DNA of 28,200 nt from an uncultured bacterium (GTDB taxonomy: Bacteria; Auribacterota; UBA3054; CAZCLS01), in contig CAZCLS010000005.1 in the NCBI GenBank assembly GCA_964499565.1, positions 1-28,200 on the forward strand, given 5' to 3'. Below are positions 1 through 8,055 of this stretch, one piece after another (positions within the stretch are counted from its first letter, which is position 1; every line of letters starts with the position of its first letter). Under the pieces are notes generated by a model, which was given only the letters and a program-made list of their open reading frames with translations, was not told where the DNA came from and made no database searches. The position numbers and the translations under genes were made by a program.

Positions 1-3000
1 GGGATCGGCAGCACGGTTGGCTATCCATTCGCAATTCCGATTGAAGAACGCGTGTGCGGTAAAGGTATGTGCCCGGCCATCGTCCTGCGCCTGGAGGACG
101 GGCGCAAGCGCTGTTTCACACGCGGCTCGTTCATAGATGAGGACCAGGATTACATTCTCGACTTGTACCGCAAGGAGATGGACCGGTTGCGCACGACGCA
201 GGCGCCGCCGCCGGCAAACTTGCGGCCGGGTCTGGCCCGGGAGTGGCCGCAATGCGAGCTCTATACGCCAGGCACCTTCCGGCTTGAGAGTGACTTTTTC
301 GTTTTCGTTTCGGGCTCTCAGGGCCCCCTGGGTGAATTCAGCGCCTGGGTAAATGAAGATGACAAGGACCGTGCCAGGCAATATCGCGAGGCGACCGTGC
401 GCCATTTCGAGGACTACTGGGCCTACCTCGAGTACGCGGGACAGAGGAAACATTACTGGAATGAACCAGAATCGACCTGGTGCAAATATATAGTAAAGGT
501 TCCCGGCACGCGCAAAGACGGTTTCGGTGTAATCCCGGGTTTTGCGGGCGGCGGGCGTGGCGCCTGTGAAATCAAGGATGCATCCTGGCCGGCTTTATAT
601 CATGAATGGGCCCATGGCTCGCCCAGCAGCACCAGCCTTGGCGGCGGTGAAGTGAAGACCGACTCACATCAGCCGCTGGCCGACCCGATGTTGATCGCTA
701 AAGTCGAGCACCAGATTCAGAGGCCATTCATGAACCTTTTTCACGGTTGGTATCCGGGCGGACTCGGCTGGACAATGATGGGAGACGACCCGAACTGGGG
801 ATACGCGGCGGTTGCATCACTGAACTCGATGGGCAGCGGGGTAGCCACGCCTATGCATATGATTGCCAAATTAGGCCAGGAACGGGGCATATGGAAGGAC
901 GGTATCAGGGGTGTGGGTGATTTCTTCGGCCAGATGGGCGCCCGCTTTGCCGAATACGATTGGGAGCTGGAAGCGGAACTGCGGGCAACGTTTCCGGCGC
1001 CTGACCGGGCCTGCCTCGTTGCGCTGGATCGCAAGGCCGGGCTCTATCGCAGTGACCCGGTCGAGGCGCCCGAGCCGTTCGGGGTGAACATAGTCCGCCT
1101 GACGGCGGAACCGGATGCGAAAAAGATCAGCATTGATTTCCGCGGCCACTTCGATCCCGACACGTACAGCGACTGGCGCGCCTGCATTGTGGCCGTCGAC
1201 AAAGACGGCCGGTGCCGCTACAGTCCCCTGTGGAACAAAGGCTTGATGAATATGGATACCCGGCCAGGTGACAAGCGCTACTGGTTAACGGTGACAGCCA
1301 CACCGTACGCGCTGGCCAACGCCGGGAAAGACGGGAAATGGTATGGTTCTCCGTACGCGTACAAGTATCCCTACGACGTTCAACTCTCGGGTTGCCGGCC
1401 GGCAAGCCCGCATACTCCTGTCGGCGTAAACGAGAACATGGACCTGATCGGGCCGCGTTGGGCGAAGAATGCGATCACGGGAGGGCAGCGTAGCGGGGCG
1501 ATGGACTGGCCCCATCCGTCGGACACGCCTGAATATGCCAAAATGAAAGCCAGTCTGGAGCTGCTTCGTGAGAAGGCGCCGGATGCGATCAAAGCCCATC
1601 TGGCCGAAGGGCTTTACGGAGGACGTCCTCCCGAGCGAACGCTCATGGTATCGGCTCTGCTCACACCCCGCGCGAACTGGCTGCTGGAGAATGCGCAGGG
1701 ATCACGGCATCCGAACGGCGGCGGCTGGGTGGCTAACTCGGCGACGGTGGCGCCGACCGCCTATGTAGGTCCTGACTGCATGGTACTCGACGGCGCCACC
1801 GTACTGGACAGGGCGATCATCGAAGACTACGCGATCGTCAGCGGGGAGGATGTCGTCGTCAAGGACAACGCCAGAGTTTACGGCAAAGCTGTTGTGTGCG
1901 GTGCGGTCGAGTTGTCAGGCTATGCGCGGGTCTCGCGCAACATCATCAACCGGAACTGCACCATCGAATTCAATCCCGGCAATACCAATGTCCCATTCAA
2001 CGCTGAGATCATGGCCTCCGGCATGGTCAAACGTTCGGGTCCCGAGTTACGGCGGTTTGTATTTGATGGATTCGATCTCGGCCTGCAGGCAAATTACGAG
2101 TTCGACCAGCAGGAAGCAGTACTCATGGAGGACTACTATCAGGAGCACGGCAATGATGACACATACCTGCAGGAACTGGTGTTTTACAACGGCGTACTCT
2201 ACGGCCAGCCGGGATTCGTGAAGGATGGTGACATCAGAGCGGTGACATTCAACGGCAAAGACCAGTATGCGGAGGCCGCCGCGACCGTAGCGGATCTGGG
2301 CCAGATCACGGTGGATATCTCGCTCAAGTGGAAGGGCGGCGCTGACCAGACGATCTTCGATTTCGGGACGTCCGAGGACAATTGCTTCAAGTTGGTCCTG
2401 CCTGCATCAGGCAAGCCGGAGTTACAGGTGCGCGCCAATGGCAAGAGCGAAACGGTCGCGTCGCGCTCGCCTGTTGCGAAAGGTGTATGGGAAACCGTCC
2501 GGGTCGAAATCGATGGGAAGACGATCCGTCTATGGCTCAATAACGAGAAAGTTGCCGAGACCGAATCACGGTTCCGCGCGGCGGATGTCTATCCCGCCGG
2601 CGCCGAAAAACGGAACTTCATTGCCGCGGCCCGCGGCGGGAAGAATCCGTATTGCGGAGCGCTCGACTATGTACACATCTTCCACGTTGTGCATGAGGAC
2701 TTCAGCCGCACACCGGAGGTGCCCCTGGTTTCATCGCGCCGGATCAATCCGGACTATCCCCGGCGTTTCGCCACGAAATACGCCGACTACGAACTCAAGG
2801 CGTTGAAGCTCGTGGCGGAATACGATCAGGATGAACTGTACCGGTTCTACAAGGACTTCTATGAGCATAACACCAGGAGAAAATCGGAGCTTCAGCACTC
2901 CGATGAAGTCGATCGGCTTGAGAAGGAACTGCTGGAATTGACATCAGAGCGGGATCGCAGGAAAAAGGACATTGAAGACGAATTCGATTCCCGTCCAGAA

Positions 3001-4011
3001 ACCCCGGAAAAGCTCGCCAGGTTCACCGAGTTGAAACAGCGTTACGATACCCGCCAAATGGAGATCCGCAAGCAGTATGAACCTGAACTCGCTGAACTGA
3101 GCAAGAAAAGAAATGCTGCCAGCAGTATCGTGAAGGAGATCGAAGATACGGTGCGCGCGAAGCATGCCGCCGAGCTTGCGGCAAACCAGCTGGAGATCGA
3201 TGCATTGAGGAAGGCATACGATGCATATCTGGCTGGACTGCTCGAAAAGAATCCTGATGCCAAAAAGATTCAGGAGAAGCTGCGAGCCGCTGAGGAAGAA
3301 CTCTCGTTACTCGACCAGCAGAAAGATCACGATCGTTATGAACGTGTGGCGAAGACGATCAAAGGATTCGAGCAACATTTGCGCGAAATCAGAAACCGTT
3401 TTAATGCAGACCAGAAGGCACGTGATATACAAAACCGGCGCGAGAAAAGGGAAGCGCTGGGGCGGGCCATCATTTCCGCGGAAGCCGGCCTTGATCCCCG
3501 CTATGTCGAGGCGGCAAAAATGTTGGAGAGAAACGGTGTCATCGATCGTCGCTGGAGAGAAATCGAAAGGACCCTCATCCCGGAACACCCCGACCTTGTT
3601 GCTATCAAAAACGAGATGGATGCGATTGATCCTGTCATTGAATGCCGGAATGTGGTTGAAAAGGATTTGCGCGATATTGGGATGAAGATCAAGGCCATGG
3701 AAGCCCGGATCGGGAAAGCTCGACAGGATGCGGCGGTCGCCAACAATTGGGATGAGTTCAACGCCCTCCCGATGGGTTGGACCGAAAGGCAGCAGTATGA
3801 CGCGATAGAGCGGATGATACGAGCCCGCAAACTACCTTTTATTACCGAGTACGAAAAAAGATTCGATGCGGCATTTGCAAGCCAGCAGGCGAAATGGCAC
3901 ACGAAGGTGGACTGGGATGATCGTCTTGATTGGGAAAAAATACCGTTCCAGGAATTGTCGCCGACCGTGCAGAACTGGCTGAAAAGAACGAAACCGTATG
4001 TGTATAAGTGA
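1..4011 (+). CDS. 5'-partial giant multidomain protein: SHD1-like segment, DUF6055/Svx(AvrXca)-like HExxH metallopeptidase, left-handed beta-helix, LamG/ConA-like domain, long coiled coil, Trp-rich C-terminal motif
   Basis: Frame 1 is open from base 1 (GIGSTVGYPFA...) and aligns with the middle of the 23046-27875 paralog (GIGNAIGDPFA...), so the GTG at 52 is not the true start. Motifs: HEWAH at 601-615 plus E at 649-651; HPNGGGWVANSATVAPTAYVGP from 1708 followed by hexapeptide-like repeats; LamG-like FNGKDQYAE...WETVRVEIDG...RNFIAA (~2065-2710); E/K/R-rich helical region ~2780-3890. Confidence 0.8.
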   Translation, partial: GIGSTVGYPFAIPIEERVCGKGMCPAIVLRLEDGRKRCFTRGSFIDEDQDYILDLYRKEMDRLRTTQAPPPANLRPGLAREWPQCELYTPGTFRLESDFFVFVSGSQGPLGEFSAWVNEDDKDRARQYREATVRHFEDYWAYLEYAGQRKHYWNEPESTWCKYIVKVPGTRKDGFGVIPGFAGGGRGACEIKDASWPALYHEWAHGSPSSTSLGGGEVKTDSHQPLADPMLIAKVEHQIQRPFMNLFHGWYPGGLGWTMMGDDPNWGYAAVASLNSMGSGVATPMHMIAKLGQERGIWKDGIRGVGDFFGQMGARFAEYDWELEAELRATFPAPDRACLVALDRKAGLYRSDPVEAPEPFGVNIVRLTAEPDAKKISIDFRGHFDPDTYSDWRACIVAVDKDGRCRYSPLWNKGLMNMDTRPGDKRYWLTVTATPYALANAGKDGKWYGSPYAYKYPYDVQLSGCRPASPHTPVGVNENMDLIGPRWAKNAITGGQRSGAMDWPHPSDTPEYAKMKASLELLREKAPDAIKAHLAEGLYGGRPPERTLMVSALLTPRANWLLENAQGSRHPNGGGWVANSATVAPTAYVGPDCMVLDGATVLDRAIIEDYAIVSGEDVVVKDNARVYGKAVVCGAVELSGYARVSRNIINRNCTIEFNPGNTNVPFNAEIMASGMVKRSGPELRRFVFDGFDLGLQANYEFDQQEAVLMEDYYQEHGNDDTYLQELVFYNGVLYGQPGFVKDGDIRAVTFNGKDQYAEAAATVADLGQITVDISLKWKGGADQTIFDFGTSEDNCFKLVLPASGKPELQVRANGKSETVASRSPVAKGVWETVRVEIDGKTIRLWLNNEKVAETESRFRAADVYPAGAEKRNFIAAARGGKNPYCGALDYVHIFHVVHEDFSRTPEVPLVSSRRINPDYPRRFATKYADYELKALKLVAEYDQDELYRFYKDFYEHNTRRKSELQHSDEVDRLEKELLELTSERDRRKKDIEDEFDSRPETPEKLARFTELKQRYDTRQMEIRKQYEPELAELSKKRNAASSIVKEIEDTVRAKHAAELAANQLEIDALRKAYDAYLAGLLEKNPDAKKIQEKLRAAEEELSLLDQQKDHDRYERVAKTIKGFEQHLREIRNRFNADQKARDIQNRREKREALGRAIISAEAGLDPRYVEAAKMLERNGVIDRRWREIERTLIPEHPDLVAIKNEMDAIDPVIECRNVVEKDLRDIGMKIKAMEARIGKARQDAAVANNWDEFNALPMGWTERQQYDAIERMIRARKLPFITEYEKRFDAAFASQQAKWHTKVDWDDRLDWEKIPFQELSPTVQNWLKRTKPYVYK

Positions 4012-4085
4012 AGCTGTCCGGTATCAGGATGAATGACAGGATTGACCGGACGAATCAGACGTATAATTGTTGACAGGAATACTCT

Positions 4086-6263
4086 ATGAAAACTCACACA
4101 ACAACCCTGGCAGCGTTTGTGCTGCTTAGTGCTCAGGCCGCATTTGCAGTGGATGACGGCATCACGCTGTTGAAAACAAATTCCTTTGAGATACCAGACT
4201 CGACAGGCATCACAATGATACGTATCGAGGCTGGGCGTTTCCTCATGGGTAGTCCCCGGGAGGAGGTGGCACGCGCTGAAGACGAGGTTCAGCACGTGGT
4301 GACGATCTCAAAGCCGTTCTACATGGCCGAGACTGAGATTACCCAGGACCAGTACCTGCCGGTCATGTCGCCTGACTACAAACCGGTTTTCATCCGTGCG
4401 GCCGCGTTTGGGCACAGCCTACCCGAGGTACATCAGAACGGGCCATTCATCACGGAGTCCGCCTATCTGGGACCGACGGACAAAAACCCGATGGACGGCG
4501 TCAGTTGGCCAAAGGCGGTCGAGTTCTGCCGAATCCTCACCGGGAAAGAACGCAAGGCCGGCCGTTTGCCTGAAGGCTATGTCTACCGCCTGCCCACGGA
4601 AGCTGAATGGGAGTATGCCTGTCGCGCGGGAACCGGCGGACCGTTCAATGTCGAAGAAAACCTTACCTCCTTCTGCTGGGGTCCCGATGTAGGAAAGACG
4701 AAGTGGACCAAACCAGTCAAAGGTCGTTACATTCCCAATGCGTGGGGTCTCTACGATATGCACGGTAATGTCTATGAGTGGTGTCATGACTGGTACACAT
4801 CCTACGACACGAATGACCTGACGGATCCCGCTGGTTCGGCTGAGGGCGAACAGAAGGTTGCCCGCGGCGGATCATGGAACTCCGGCAGGCCGCAGGGTGA
4901 TGACAACAGTGACGCGGTTCGCCTGCGATATATGCGCTCCGCCTCGCGCAATCGATTTCCCCCTGATCGTCCGCTTGCCATCATCGGCTTTCGGCCGGTG
5001 CTGGCCCCGATACTGCCAAAGCAACAACAGGCCCAGCAGCCTGCCTTTTCCCCGAAGAACGAACCGCAGACGGCACGCCAGGAGCGGCGCCTGACATTCG
5101 ACGAGTACGCCGATAAGATGAAAGCCGGTTGGGTGGGACAGATGGCGGGTGTCGGCTGGGGCGGCCCGACCGAGTTTCGCTATAAGGGCCTCATCATCCC
5201 GGAAGATAAGATGCCCCAATGGCAGCCGGAAAAAGTCAACCAGTTCCAGCAGGATGACATCTATGTTGAGATGACGTTCCTGCAAACGCTTGAGAAACAC
5301 GGGCTGGACTGTTCGATCCGCCAGGCGGGCATTGACTTCGCTAACAGCGGCTATAATCTGTGGCATGCCAACCGGGCCGGCCGCGACAACCTGCGGCGCG
5401 GCATCGCTCCGCCCGACTCGGGCCACCCGCAGTTCAACAAGCATGCCGATGACATCGACTATCAGATCGAAGCTGACTACAGCGGTCTGATCGCGCCCGG
5501 CATGCCGCAACTGGTGATAGACCTTGGAGAAAAATTCGGACGGCTGATGAACTACGGCGACGGATTGTACGCCGGGCAGTTTGTCGGCGGCATGTATGCC
5601 GAAGCGTTCTTCGAGAACGACATGGTCAAGATCGTCGAGGCGGGCCTGCGCTGTATCCCCGCGCAAAGCCAGTATGCCGGGATGGTCCGCGACATGCTTG
5701 CCTGGTATGAAAAAAATCCCGACGATTGGCAAAAAACCTGGCAGTGGTGTGAAGACAAATACCACAAGAACTCCGAGTACTCCCACGGCTTGTGCAGCAA
5801 GTCGGGCGGTGAGAACGCTTTCAGTATCGACGCCAAACTGAATGGGGCGTATATCATTATGGGCCTGCTGTACGGAAAAGGCGATCCGGACAGGACAATC
5901 ATTATATCGACCCGCTGCGGTCAGGACTCGGACTGCAATCCGTCGAACGCCGGCGGGATTTTGTTTACCACGATCGGTTTCTCGAACCTGCCCGGGCGGT
6001 TCGTATCGGAACTTGCTCCGGAAAAGACTTTCAGCCATACGCCGTATGATTTTCCAACCTTGATCGAGGTTTCGAAAAAACTGGTGCGGCAGGCCGTCGC
6101 GCGCAGCGGCGGGCGCATCGAGAAAAGCGCCGACGGAGGCGAAGTGCTGGTCCTGCCGGACATCGCCCCAAAGCCGAGTTCCTTCGAGCCCGTCTACCAG
6201 CCCGGCCCGATTGCCGGAAGCACTTTTACAGCCGGGGAGCAGGCCGAAATCAGCAAACAATGA
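4086..6263 (+). CDS. Exported FGE-sulfatase (SUMF1)-fold protein fused to an ADP-ribosylglycohydrolase-family domain
   Basis: Sec-type signal (MKTHTTTLAAFVLLSAQAAFA). FGE-fold motifs: FLMGSP, RLPTEAEWEYACRAG, NAWGLYDMHGNVYEWC, RGGSW, IGFRP. Q/P-rich linker ~5010-5090. ARH-like motifs: AGWVGQMAGVGWG, QDDIY (DD at 5253-5258), CGQDSDCN (DSDC at 5925-5936). AGGA lies upstream of the ATG. Confidence 0.85.
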   Translation: MKTHTTTLAAFVLLSAQAAFAVDDGITLLKTNSFEIPDSTGITMIRIEAGRFLMGSPREEVARAEDEVQHVVTISKPFYMAETEITQDQYLPVMSPDYKPVFIRAAAFGHSLPEVHQNGPFITESAYLGPTDKNPMDGVSWPKAVEFCRILTGKERKAGRLPEGYVYRLPTEAEWEYACRAGTGGPFNVEENLTSFCWGPDVGKTKWTKPVKGRYIPNAWGLYDMHGNVYEWCHDWYTSYDTNDLTDPAGSAEGEQKVARGGSWNSGRPQGDDNSDAVRLRYMRSASRNRFPPDRPLAIIGFRPVLAPILPKQQQAQQPAFSPKNEPQTARQERRLTFDEYADKMKAGWVGQMAGVGWGGPTEFRYKGLIIPEDKMPQWQPEKVNQFQQDDIYVEMTFLQTLEKHGLDCSIRQAGIDFANSGYNLWHANRAGRDNLRRGIAPPDSGHPQFNKHADDIDYQIEADYSGLIAPGMPQLVIDLGEKFGRLMNYGDGLYAGQFVGGMYAEAFFENDMVKIVEAGLRCIPAQSQYAGMVRDMLAWYEKNPDDWQKTWQWCEDKYHKNSEYSHGLCSKSGGENAFSIDAKLNGAYIIMGLLYGKGDPDRTIIISTRCGQDSDCNPSNAGGILFTTIGFSNLPGRFVSELAPEKTFSHTPYDFPTLIEVSKKLVRQAVARSGGRIEKSADGGEVLVLPDIAPKPSSFEPVYQPGPIAGSTFTAGEQAEISKQ

Positions 6264-6315
6264 TTCACCACAGATTAGTATTCATTTTCGATAACCATAT
6301 CAGAAAGAGGTTCCC

Positions 6316-8019
6316 ATGAAAACTATTTTACGAAGTGCAGTCTGTCTCTTGTTCGTATTGTTAGCTTGTGCAGGCACAGCAACAGTCCGTGCCGACGAAG
6401 CACCTGAATTGAAGGATCCCTTGAAGATCAAGATTACGGGAAAATACATTGTCTTTCCCGTCTCGAACAAGGGCAAACGCGGCCGCATGACAATTGTCGT
6501 CGATGACTCGCTCGTTCATAATCTCGACTGCGACTTCCCTTCCGATACGAACGCTGTCAGCTGGTGGACCTACCTCGACATGGAAGAGTACGTTGGCAAG
6601 ACCGCCATGGTCGCCGCGGATGCCGCACCGGAAATTCGCGCGATGATTACGTCCGGCGATACCATTCCCCACCTGCAGCCGCTGTACGACGAAGCACTGC
6701 GGCCCCAGTTCCATATGAGTCAGATGCGTGGCTGGAACAACGATCCCAACGGCATGTGCTACTATGACGGCACCTACCACTTCTTCTGGCAGTGCAACCC
6801 AGCCGGACGCGGCTGGGCCAATATGTACTGGGGTCACGCGACCAGCCCCGACATGATCCATTGGACCGAGCAAAAACGTGCGTTGCGGCCTTTCGGTGAT
6901 ACTGTCGACAATCGCCATCCCTCGATGGCCGTCAAAAGCTGTTTCTCAGGCAGCGGAAACGTTGATGTGAACAACACCGCCGGCTGGCAAACGGGCAAAG
7001 AAAAAACCATCGTCCTGGCGTTCACCGATACCGGCTGCGGCGAATCACTTGCTTACTCTACCGATGGTGGTAAAACTTTTACCTACTATAAAGGTAACCC
7101 GGTCATCAAGCACTCGGGCCGCGACCCGAAGTTGATCTGGTATGAGCCGGGCAAGCACTGGGTTATCGCCGTTTTCGACAATGACGAGGAACATGGTAAG
7201 AATGTTGCCATGTATAGCAGCACGAACCTTACCGAGTGGACCCGTGAGAGCAATGTCCCGGGATACTACGAATGTCCGGAACTTTTTGAATTGCCGGTCG
7301 ATGGCAATCCGGCGAATAAAAAATGGGTGATTTACGCTGCCGATGCTCAGTACGCCATTGGAACCTTCGATGGCAAGACCTTCACGCCGGAACACGAGGG
7401 CAAACACCGCGTCCACTGTGGCGCCTACTATGCCTCACAATGCTTCAGCCACTCCCCCGACGGCCGCGTTGTTCAAATCGGCTGGGCTCGGATTAACATG
7501 CCCGACATGCCGTTCAACCAAACCTTCACCGTGCCGGCCAACCTTACGCTGCGCACGACGGAAGACGGCATCCGGTTGTTCGTCACACCGATCAAGGAAC
7601 TTGAACAGCTCCGCAAGCCGGATCCCCAGACAGTCGAGAATCTGCGCCTGACGGCAACTGTTCCGTCACTTACGCTGGACGCCACCGGACAACTCTTCGA
7701 CATTATAGTTACCCTTAAGCGCGGAACCGCCACGAAAGCAGTGCTGCGGTTCGGCGAAAACACAGCCACCTATGATTTCACTGCTCAAAAGCTCGATGAA
7801 ATGCCGCTGCCTATGAAGGACGACACAGTACCATTACGCCTGCTTGTTGACAGACCCATGTACGAGCTGGTCGGCGGCGGCGGCGCCTGCTACAAGACCA
7901 GCGGCCGCAAGGATATGGGTAAGCATCTAGGCACGATCTCTCTGACCGCTGAAGACGGTTCTCTCACGGTTGAATCGCTCAAAGTATTCGAAATGACATC
8001 GGCCTGGAAGAAGGAGTGA
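6316..8019 (+). CDS. Exported glycoside hydrolase family 32 (beta-fructofuranosidase/levanase-like)
   Basis: All three GH32 catalytic motifs are present: WNNDPNG (from 6733), RDP (7120-7128) and ECP (from 7270). Also WGHATS and YASQ motifs. N-terminal signal peptide ending in VRA. Confidence 0.9.
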   Translation: MKTILRSAVCLLFVLLACAGTATVRADEAPELKDPLKIKITGKYIVFPVSNKGKRGRMTIVVDDSLVHNLDCDFPSDTNAVSWWTYLDMEEYVGKTAMVAADAAPEIRAMITSGDTIPHLQPLYDEALRPQFHMSQMRGWNNDPNGMCYYDGTYHFFWQCNPAGRGWANMYWGHATSPDMIHWTEQKRALRPFGDTVDNRHPSMAVKSCFSGSGNVDVNNTAGWQTGKEKTIVLAFTDTGCGESLAYSTDGGKTFTYYKGNPVIKHSGRDPKLIWYEPGKHWVIAVFDNDEEHGKNVAMYSSTNLTEWTRESNVPGYYECPELFELPVDGNPANKKWVIYAADAQYAIGTFDGKTFTPEHEGKHRVHCGAYYASQCFSHSPDGRVVQIGWARINMPDMPFNQTFTVPANLTLRTTEDGIRLFVTPIKELEQLRKPDPQTVENLRLTATVPSLTLDATGQLFDIIVTLKRGTATKAVLRFGENTATYDFTAQKLDEMPLPMKDDTVPLRLLVDRPMYELVGGGGACYKTSGRKDMGKHLGTISLTAEDGSLTVESLKVFEMTSAWKKE

Positions 8020-8055
8020 GCTTGACGGAAAAGCAATGACTGATAAGGAATCACC

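Noticed and set aside
52-54. GTG at 52 as the start of the first gene
   Set aside because: The frame is open to base 1 and homology to the paralog continues upstream, so the gene is truncated by the window.
4016-4051. Inverted repeat GTCCGGT / ACCGGAC as a terminator between the module genes
   Set aside because: The stem is only 7 bp with a 22-nt loop and no U-tract, so it is not a credible intrinsic terminator.
4042-4067. Sigma70-like promoter TTGACC...TATAAT before the FGE-ARH gene
   Set aside because: The spacer is 14 nt, outside the usual 16-18 nt, and there is no extended -10 TG.
4855-5005. Diversity-generating retroelement, since FGE/C-type-lectin domains are common DGR targets with a variable region after RGGSW
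   Set aside because: No reverse transcriptase, no accessory gene and no near-identical template repeat differing at adenines was seen in the window. The second FGE gene is an old paralog, not a template repeat.
4872-6260. 462-aa antisense ORF, and similar long antisense or alternate-frame ORFs (3501-4295, 13273-14043, 20280-21155, 20593-21414)
   Set aside because: They lie over well-supported + strand genes and show no recognisable motifs. Such shadow ORFs are expected in GC-rich coding DNA.
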